Source: Tubiluchus corallicola (Eukaryota > Animalia > Priapulida). Taken from it: a stretch of DNA of 19,038 bases. Of the stretch, positions 1-10,400 are shown piece by piece; the first letter of the stretch is position 1; every line of letters begins with the position of its first letter. The position numbers were made by a program, and so were the translations under genes. The stretch lies in assembly GCA_030141605.1 (NCBI GenBank), contig JAQGDQ010001971.1, positions 1-19,038 of the forward strand. The letters run 5' to 3'. A model generated the notes under the pieces. The model was not told the DNA's origin and did not search any database. It saw nothing but the letters and a program-made list of their open reading frames with translations.

Positions 1-309
1 GAGAGAACAAATGAGCTTACATTTTTCGACAGTATTAAAACACGGAATGTAAAGTGTTGCTGGACCTTCATACAGCTGAACGCTAGTCTTCGGTTCAGCC
101 GTCTTCTGGCGCGGGACGTACAGGCTAGTGAACAAATGTTGCAGTAATTGTTCAGCAGAATGGAATTGCCGACTGGTTACTGCGTTACACGCCACCTTTG
201 CCGTAGTCGTCTGTCTGGGTTGTTGCTCATTAAAGGACTCAATGTTCTTACATTCAGGTATGTGTTTTCAATATTGCAAAAATTACTTCCATTCCAGGTA
301 TATATACAT

Positions 310-479
310 CTCAGATATGATGTGAATAGATAACACTGGTTTATATTGTTTTCAATGCACCCTTTATTAGACCAGCATCGTGCGTTATTTTTTCTGCAGT
401 AATTTCCTATTGATTTTTTATTCCGCTGCTAATCCGCATAACGCATACGCATTCCGGATGCTACATAAACGCCACTTTA
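310..479 (-). mobile_element. Partial copy (one terminus) of the MITE family also found at 8297-8525
   Basis: Ends in GGATGCTACATAAACGCCACTT, identical to the terminus at about 8504-8525, and shares internal sequence with that element. Confidence 0.6.
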
Positions 480-568
480 GTAATACAAATATATAATACA
501 AAAGACGTACACTCAATAAGCAATAAGCAGTTAATAATGTGCTGCCCATGACTGTACAACAATTTTAA

Positions 569-967
<399 letters not shown>

Positions 968-1752
968 TAGTTAAACAGAAACACAAAAACATTTTCAGCT
1001 TTTAACTGTGGAAAAAAGTCGCCAAACTGGCGGAATGGTGAATAATAACGGCTTTTATTAGAGGATAGTAATAGCGCCCTCTACCTTTACTTAACGTACG
1101 TGAAAGCGCATACAAGCATGGAAAAGTGGTTCATGATGTTATCAAGTGACTATTATAGCCTAACTGCAGACTCTTAATCTAGGAATCCATTTTTGTGCAA
1201 ACCGTAAGTGCTGTAACCTTTTTTTGTAACAAATACAGTAGTAGTTTTTGTAAGAAAGTGTTCTCACTACACACATCATATAATTTCTTTCTACAACTAA
1301 GCCAAATTTTCAAAACGCAGTGCCGCTGATTAAAATTATATATCTCAATAATTTTATAAGATATTCATGATTTGAACTTTTATATTATTTAGTCTCTGAC
1401 CTCTGAAGAACAGCAGATTTTTGAACTTCTATCAAAGTAGTCAAGTGCTCTGTCCCTCTGTCCCTGGGACAATTTATATATTGTATATTACACACTGAAC
1501 AAAAAACATAATAAAATGGAAGCTTCCAACTAAGCACAAAAACATATCACATACAAGTGTTGGCACTCCACCAAGCAAAATCAACTAAGATGTGTACGTA
1601 GATAAACATTATATATTATTTCGTTCAAAGCTAAGAAACGCTAGAACTCAAATATTGATTGGCGCGCAGAGAAAATGTGCCTAAGTTTAGACTGCAACAA
1701 TATAGAAATCAAGTACTCTGCAAAGTTGAAATTTCACAGCGTGATACCACAA

Positions 1753-1828
1753 TACAATGTTCCCTCACTTATCGCGGGTGTTCCGTTCCAGGGCTACCCG
1801 CGATAAGTGAATTTCCGCCAAGTAGGGA
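1753..1828 (+). mobile_element. Probable terminus of a pogo/Tigger-like (Tc1/mariner superfamily) non-autonomous element with internal hairpin
   Basis: TA followed by CAATGTTCCCTCACTTATCGCGG resembles CAGT-type pogo/Tigger MITE ends (from memory, not searched). Perfect 15-bp inverted repeat TCACTTATCGCGGGT (1765-1779) / ACCCGCGATAAGTGA (1796-1810). No partner terminus found. Confidence 0.5.
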
Positions 1829-2179
1829 CGCCATACATTATCTGGTTGGTCGCTTTCCATCAATCAACCAATCGTGTGTTGTGTACAATCTCACGTCGGC
1901 AAGTAGCATCTCAAGCGGGCGCAAGTACTACATTTCGTTTATGGTGTGTATTCATCCGCCGAATAAATACACTGTTTACTGTAAACGGTATTTTTTTATG
2001 ATTTATAATATTCTTTTAATGTTAGAATTAAAATTTTTAATATATTTTTATACATTTTGTGATTTTTTATGCAAAATTCATCAAATCTATACATTACTGT
2101 ACAATACGTACTGCACATGTGCAAAAATACGTTAACATTAACTTTTGTCTGTAAAAGCTACAAAGTTTACATCATGGTC

Positions 2180-2630
2180 TTCACCATAGAAAATTAAATA
2201 CTGATAAAGAAATGTTGTCAAGAAAAATGGGATTAATTCTATAAACTATAGTATCTGCATTCTGGAATTTCCAGAAAAAGTGCTCGGCAACTGCACAGAG
2301 CCATTTGACTTTGATATAGAGGGAATAAGAATAAAAAATTTTGAGCGCAGGTATCAAATACCCCCTTTAACAAACTGTGTCAGCTGTTGTAAGAAATGCC
2401 CTTGTCTAATTTTCAATGAAAATGTTGGACGCATAGAGCACTTGCTTTTGACACACCAAATTTATTCCGACATTTTTTGACTTGTTGTTTTAAAACTTGT
2501 GTACTTCTGTACCTGGGTATATTTAAAGGTATGGCTTACAATTTTTGGTGTTTATACACAAGCGACTGTAACACCAGTCTAGCAATTTCCAAGTGATTCT
2601 ATTGTTGCCTTCTTATGATAATAGTGTTCA
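2180..2630 (-). mobile_element. Possible highly degenerate L1/Tx1-type LINE ORF2 fragment (post-RT region)
   Basis: Minus-strand translation across stops and frameshifts gives LLS*EG, IARLVLQSLVY, KGG and LIPALKIFYSYSLYIKVKWL in this order. This resembles the LSxxG...KSVLxSxxxY...GGLxxPxL..FY...KWL pattern of L1/Tx1 ORF2. Recognised by eye only. Confidence 0.35.
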
Positions 2631-3046
2631 AACTTTAGCACATTTACTTTGTGACACCTGATATATAGGGACACAAACCTACTAACTTGTATAGTCTATC
2701 TGACATGTCAATAAATGACATATAAATATCACAGAAAAGGTTACAGCACTTACAGTTGCACAAAAATGGATTCCTAGATTAAGAGTCTGCAGTTAGGCCT
2801 ATAATAGTCACTTGATAACATCATGAACCACTTTTCCATGCTTGTATGCGCTTTCACGTACGTTAAGTAAAGTAGAGGGCGCTATTACTATCCTCTAATA
2901 AAAGCCGTTATTATTCACCATTCCGCCAGTTTGGCGACTTTTTTCCACAGTTAAAAGCTGAAAATGTTTTTGTGTTTCTGTTTAACTACCCATATTGATG
3001 ATCTCTCTGTTTACGATGAGGATGTTCAACAATACTGTTTCTTTCA

Positions 3047-3391
<345 letters not shown>

Positions 3392-3481
3392 TTAAAATTG
3401 TTGTACAGTCATGGGCAGCACATTATTAACTGCTTATTGCTTATTGAGTGTACGTCTTTTGTATTATATATTTGTATTACT

Positions 3482-3650
3482 AAAGTGGCGTTTATGTAGC
3501 ATCCGGAATGCGTATGCGTTATGCGGATTAGCAGCGGAATAAAAAATCAATAGGAAATTACTGCAGAAAAAATAACGCACGATGCTGGTCTAATAAAGGG
3601 TGCATTGAAAACAATATAAACCAGTTTTATCTATTCCGCATCATATCTGA
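3482..3650 (+). mobile_element. Partial copy (one terminus) of the MITE family also found at 8297-8525
   Basis: Starts AAAGTGGCGTTTATGTAGCATCCGG. Internal AAAAATCAATA..TGCAGAAAAA..TGCATTGAAAACAATATAAACC..TATCTATTCC is colinear with 8365-8478. Confidence 0.65.
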
Positions 3651-4133
3651 GATGTATATATACCTGGAATGGAAGTAATTTTTGCAATATATTGAAAACA
3701 CATACCTGAATGTAAGAACGGCCAAGGTCCTTCTATGAAGCAACACCAAGCAGACAGACTGACGGCAAAGGTGGCGTGTAACGCAGTAACCAGTCGGCAA
3801 TTCCATTCTGCTGAACAATTACTGCAACATTTGTTCACTAGCCTGTACGTCCCGCGCCAGAAGACGGCTGAACCGAAGACTAGCGTTCAGCTGTATGAAG
3901 GTCCAGCAACACTTTACATTCCGTGTTTTAATACTGTCGAAAAATGTAAGCTCATTTGTTCTCTCTGATTTATGTTAGTTCTTAAATAATGCATTGAACC
4001 TACAGATTTTCTTTCACTAAAGGCATTGAGGAAGCCATAACACGCGAACTGAACCAAAAGCGAGAGCAAGTTATAATCATATAATTAAAAATTAATATTA
4101 ATTATACGCATATAATTATTTATTATACTGTAT

Positions 4134-4197
4134 TATACATACACACACACACACATATATATATATATATGTGTGTGTGTATGTGTGTGCATGTATA
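4134..4197. repeat. Compound dinucleotide microsatellite (AC)n(AT)n(GT)n, self-complementary
   Basis: Read directly from the sequence. Confidence 0.9.
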
Positions 4198-5808
4198 CAT
4201 ATATATCACTTATTTCGCATATTAATGCAATATACAATATAGAGGTAAGTGGATATAGATAATGAGTAACAATAGGAATATATATAAAACAATAATCAAT
4301 ATATACAATTTGAATTAGTTAGTTAGTAAATATAAAATCATCAGTTGAAAGCAACTGTAAATATAATATAACTGCTATAGTTGAAAGTAATTACCACAAA
4401 AACATAATCATATTTTGGCATAAAAATGGCAGTACCTAGAAAACTACGTTTTTATTTGATTACAATAATTTTATAATAATTTTGTATTTAGCTATTTGAA
4501 ATCTGCATAAAAATCGAGCAAAAATAATTTGGGCTCACCTGCACCTTGGCAAAACAGCAGGCCCTACTTAATCTTCTTACATTCACTTATTAATTTAATG
4601 TGCAATCCTTATCAAAAATATTAATAATATTTACAGAAAAGTATAGACTATGAAAGCAGGATAAAACTATGCAGCACAGAATAAGTTTTCTGATAAAAAG
4701 AGCTAATAAAAATAAGAGATAAAAGCACAAAGAGACAAGGCTACTTTCAGGTGCCTGCTACTATATAAATGATTGATAATATTTACATCTTATAAACGTT
4801 TTTTTAAAGATCTTGCTACTCTGAGCACAGACCAAGGGCTCCGCTGGTTAAAATGTATTTATCAGCACAACAATGATTAGAATAGATACATGCATGATCA
4901 ATTATAATTATAGAACTGTACTAAGTGATCAGCTAACAGCTAACAGCAACCTAGATAAAAAACCTCTTGCGTATATGTATGTAAGTTTTTGATGAAACAA
5001 AAAGTATAACAGCCAATGAGAAGAAGAAAAACATGTGCAAAGGAGAAAGAATGGCGAGAATTAGTTGGGAAAGGATGATGGAATGATATGATAGACGAAA
5101 CAATGAAGTGGATGATTAACGATACTCGGATAATCGGCATACAGTCAGAGAAAAATAGCATTGACTGCTATATATTACAGAGAAGAAAATTATCAAAATT
5201 CATTGCTAGTTGGGGTACCTGACAGAATCTGGGAATTGATTCCAGATATTAATTATTCTGTTTAAGAATTTTTTAAGCTATCAAGTCGGCGGTGAGTGGG
5301 CTGTAACTTCAAGCGGTGACCCCTGTTTACATTAGACAAAGGTAATTAGACAAAGCTAAAAATACGTATTTACTGCGCGGTTACAGTGGCGACTCTTGCT
5401 TATATTAGATAAAAGTGCCCTGCTAAAACGCACATTGTGTGAATAATAGTGAATGAACAATACTCTAGATCACAAAACAATGCCTGTCCAAATGTCCAGT
5501 CAACAAAAAACTCTAACAGCATGGTCTATTCAAGTACCTTGTACATGCAAAGCAAAATGTTTTTTAAAGAAGAACACTTGTAATTCTTGATAGGACTATT
5601 TTTTAAATTACATATCGACCTTAAATTGTTGAATTCGTTTAACATACGACGCTACTGATTTTGTAGAATGAAAGAGCCATTGGTTTATTTAACCCCGAAG
5701 ATTTTGCTTTTGTGCAGCTTATAAAATCCGTGATATAACACCCACTTGGTTCTCACAGAACTCATTTTTGGTTTCGCAAAGAATTGCTTAAATATCATCT
5801 ATTTACTA

Positions 5809-5839
5809 ATTTATTTATTTATTTTTTTATTTATTTATT
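5809..5839 (+). repeat. (TTTA)n microsatellite
   Basis: Read directly from the sequence; might be the tail of a minus-strand retroelement, but this is unverified. Confidence 0.8.
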
Positions 5840-6187
5840 GAAGATTTACAAACTATACAATTGCAATTGCAATTACAAGTTACAAAACATTACATAAACA
5901 ATGCAGTACATTACAATAAAGGAAAAAAATAAATTGACAAAACCCCACACATGGGTTAATAATCGGGTATAAATGATCGCAATTTAAAGATAAGCTTGGT
6001 TAGTGGACATTGGACCTGCTGAAGGCCTGATAACCTTCAGAATTAAACTACTGACTAATACGCGTCAGAGTTTGCCCTATAGTTTATAAAACAGCCGTGA
6101 CTATTAATTTAATAAAATGAATATGTGAATGAATATTAAATTTATTATAACTGTCATTCGCAGTGTTTACCCACAATTTCACAGACC

Positions 6188-6577
6188 ATGTTGGATTTTG
6201 ATGATATTCTGCCATATATTGGCGGATTTGGACGTTTCCAGTTCTACGTTTATTTGCTGTTGGCGGGACCAATGCTGTACAGTTGCATGCCAGTTCTAAA
6301 CAGATTCTTCTTTACTGCCATTCCAGACCATTGGTGCCAGATTCCAGAACTGGATGGCTGGAATTTGACAGCAGAGGAAGTAAAAACTTTCACGTTGCCC
6401 ATGGAGATGAGAAATGGTGCAATACAGCACAGTCAGTGCTTTATATACAATGCCAGTTTTAGCAACATCTTAATGGCTGGTGGTGATCCCATACCTGATG
6501 CCAACTGGTCTAAGATACCGTGTCAGTATGGTTGGGAGTATTCAAAGGTCTATTTTGAAAGCACAGTTGCAACAGAG
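6188..6577 (+). CDS. SLC22: SLC22 exon 1 (TM1 and Cys-containing glycosylated extracellular loop)
   Basis: MLDFDDILPYIGGFGRFQ...HWCQIP...QCFIYNAS...PCQYGWEYS...STVATE; donor GAG|GTAGGT, phase 0. Confidence 0.95.
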
Positions 6578-7403
6578 GTAGGTCAGATTACTTCAAGCAG
6601 GTACTTTTTCACGATCTTAGGCTTGTAGTATCTTGCTGTAAACACTCTGCTTGTAAACGAACTTAGCTATGGTGCAACAGCGTTTCTGATAGGCCATTGT
6701 TCTTATATGCTGTTAACAGTCATTATTGCAGAGTTAGACTAGTGATACGAATTTATCTGATTAGTTTTGAGTTTTTTTTATTTATTTTAACTTCACTTTG
6801 TACAAGTGCTCAACTTCTACTCGTTATAATTACATCATTACATATTCACTGATTGTGATTTCCATCATTGTATCATTACAATGTGCAATTGTTGATCAAT
6901 TTTTCTAGTGGGATTTGGTTTGTGAAAAGTCGCATGTAGGAAGTACAATTCTTGCAATTCTTCAGTTTGCCTCCATTCCTGGGCTAATTATATTTGGTGC
7001 AATTGGCGATGCGTAAGTACGTTCCATCATCAAATAGTTGGTTGCATCTATATAAAGATTTAATTTACAATAGAACGTATTAATATTTCTATGTACGCCA
7101 AATGTAAGTAAAAGTATTTATGACTTCGCACTTGCTTTCAGCTGCATATGTTTGCTCAATACTGTAGTGTCAATGATGTTTCAGTAATTTCATTAGACAA
7201 ACACTACAAGTACAGTGAATGTCCATCTGTTTTTTTATAATCCAGTCAAGCGTATAAACGGCAGCCACTATCACTATCAGATTCTTGTCAACACAACCAA
7301 CAACAACAACAGCAGCAGCAGCAGCAGCAGCACCAGCAGCAAACAACAACAACAACAACAATAACAACAACAGCAGCAGCAACAACAAAAACAACAACAA
7401 TAA

Positions 7404-7480
<77 letters not shown>

Positions 7481-10400
7481 ACAACAACAACAACAACAAC
7501 AATCAACACCATCATTATGTTCAACATTAGTATTGGTCATCGTCGTCATTACTATTAACATCACTTAATAGTTGATCATTTCAACGTTATCTTTCGTGAT
7601 ACTATCTCTCTTACAGGTTGGGAAGACGGGCACAGTTTTTCCTGTCTTTAATTTTTATTGTTTTTGGTTTCACTGCTGGACTAGCACAGAATCAGTATGT
7701 CTTCACAGCTCTATCTGCTGTGGCCGCAACAGCAGTACCAGCGGTTTATTCTGCTCCGTACCTGTTGTGTAAGTACAATCATATATTCACTGTTTTGGTA
7801 ATGAACACAGGACATAAAAAGTAATCATATTTTAGCATGAGAATCTAAGAAATTTGATTTGGGTGTTCTCTCCCATTTTATTGCCATTGTACATGTGTTT
7901 CAGATTCAGTGCTGTTTGGACTGGCGCCTGCTCGCCTGACACAGAATTTAAAGTTTGACAAAAACTGGATTATTGGCTGGTGGTGCAGTGCGTAGCTTTT
8001 AATATTTCTTTAAATTTTAGCGGTGGAAATTCTGTCACCAGACAGACGTGCAAAAGCATCAGTGCTGATCTGGGTATTTTGAGCTTTTGGATACATGTTG
8101 CTAGCTTATGTGGCGTCTGTGTTCAACTCGTGGCGACATCTGGCGTTCATCACCACACTTCCAGCCGCAATATTCTTCAGTTACCTTTGGTTCGTTGCAC
8201 GGTTAACACTAAAATGCATATCTTTACTACAACATCTAGAAATTCGAAATTCTTCTTAGCAGTTTTTTCCTCACTCTCCCCATTCATAAATTGTTAAAGA
8301 GGCGTTTACGTAATATGTGGATGCGTACGCGGATGCGTTTACCACTGTGGAACAGCCAACTGAATAGCCTGCGGAAAAATCAATACGAATAGTTGCAGAA
8401 AAAGAATAATGCCTGCGCATGCTGCTGCTGCACAAACGGATGCATTGACAACAATATAAACCGATTCTATCTATTCCACGCCCCCCAAAATGCATTCGCA
8501 TCTGGATGCTACATAAACGCCACTTGGACTCAGTCAAATCAGTCAAACTATAGCTCATTTAAAAATAACTAAAAATTATTGACTTATCTTAATTTGCTGC
8601 ATATCCTACAGTTTAGAATTTGAATCCTCTTGAAACGCCTGATAGGTATAAAGTATAGGGTTGGCAGATTCTTAAATTCTCGCTGTCAGATAGAATGTGC
8701 AATGACTATATGATGAAATGAGATGAGTCTGGATGCAAATTTAGATGGTAAAGTATCGTGGCGATATTGCAGTCATTGTGTGTTCGTGTTTGCTTTGTAG
8801 GTTACTTCCGGAATCTCCTCGATGGTACATGAGTACAGGAAGACTGAAACAGGGAAACGCACTAATAAAAAGAATAGCTAAGATAAACAAACGTTCTATA
8901 CCACCTGGAGAATTAGAAAAACTAAATGTAGGTGTAGGTCCAAGGCTTTCTGTTTATTTCATATTTCTCTGAAAAGTGGAAATTCTGCTTTCGTATATGC
9001 TTTCACATGTTAGACAGGTCTAAGACATTCTCTGATTATCAGGAGGCAATGAAAAGGCCGGACGAGTCAGCATTTGCAGAGCAAGCTCGCAGTTTCATCC
9101 GCCTCTTCACACGGCCACGGTTGTTATTCAGACTCGTCATGGTTTGCTTCTTATGGTATAGTTACCGTATAACTAATTTAACCTGCCTTTGTAGTAAAAC
9201 GTTCATAATCATTTCACAAATAAATTCTTCTTACATCTGACTAAACCAATAGAATGAATAGAAGAGATACCTTTAATTGTAGGGCTTGTCAGCTAATAAG
9301 GACGCATATGCTATGAAGCCTTGGTATTCAAACGTAAAACTATTTATTGTTTAAATTGTAGAAAGCGCTATAAGAATACTCATTAGCATTGTCTAAACCA
9401 CACATGGTTGCACAATCTAATCACGTAAGCTTCAAATTTAAACGCACAAATTTTCGGCTAGGTTATGTTATTCTAGGACGGTCCTTGACATTGTATACAT
9501 CTGCTTGATGTACATAACACCTGCACTAACAGAGAACCCTTATATTGGATTTCTAATTTCTGGTGCCATCGAAGTGCCCTGCTACTTTGTCATTGGCCCA
9601 TTAATGCAGAGATTTGGACGTAGAATGTCTGAAGCTGTGTCTCTTGGACTCTGCGCTGCTTTCTTAGTTATAAGTGGCTTCGTTAACCCAACAAGTAAGT
9701 AATTTAAAGTACCACAGATATATGAAAACATATTACTGTCAGATACTTACTGCTTGTATCTTCGCCTAAAAGACACAGATTTGTACAACTTAGCGTTCGT
9801 TCACTACTTGCACATACACTATACATACATGCTACTTGATAATGTATATATAAAAGACCATAAAACAGTACACATATTCAAACTGTAATGTAAAAAGCGT
9901 ATGAAGCAATTTTAAGGTGCTGAAAGTGATTAAAGATGTACAAGGGACCATAAAACACTACAAATATTCAAACTGTAATGTAAAACACGTATGAAGCAAT
10001 TTTAAGGTGCTGAAAGTGTTTAAAGATGTATGAAGGACCATAAAACAGTACAAATATTCAAACTAATGTAAAACCCGTATGAAGCAATTTTAAGGTGCTG
10101 AAAGTGTTTAAAGATGTACGAAGTGACCTTCAGGGAGGCGATTTGATGATGTGTCATAAGACAGTGTGATGCGATGCCCTCTGGATACAGACTTCTCAGT
10201 CCAAATGCTTATGTGATACGTGATAGGCTAGCAAATAGCACACTTTCCTTATAACTTGGACTCGAGTAGACATACCAGTTAAAACAGTTCTCACACTTAA
10301 TGTTTCTCCTTTTACATGCAGTAATCGTTAAAATATATTTTATGAACTTCAGAACTTCGTTGGTTGATGATACTGTTCACGTTGTTAGCAAAGGCAATGG

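Noticed and set aside
1072-1084. CTCF-like motif TAGCGCCCTCTAC (mirrored at about 2872-2884)
   Set aside because: It is only a partial match lacking the CC end of the consensus, and the second copy is simply a product of the duplication.
1659-2135. 158-aa ORF in the spacer as a transposase or cargo gene
   Set aside because: It has a non-ATG start and no recognisable domain, and it runs through a MITE-like end and low-complexity AT-rich DNA.
7170-7564. Poly-Leu/Cys/Asn/Val ORFs
   Set aside because: These are translations of an intronic CAA/CAG microsatellite. SLC22 exons 2 and 3 join in phase without them.
8080-8082. Alternative genetic code (UGA=Trp) or selenocysteine
   Set aside because: Every other Trp in the gene is TGG. 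The position is a transmembrane aromatic site rather than a Cys site, and I could not identify a SECIS. An error or null allele is more parsimonious.
7980-8297. ORF 7980-8297 (+), and similarly 7572-7772, 10300-10542, 6084-6272 and 10312-10509
   Set aside because: These are off-frame or antisense shadows of real SLC22 exons.
9856-10128. Shared 90-bp period with the array at 16179-16937
   Set aside because: I see no sequence similarity between the two units, so this is treated as coincidence.
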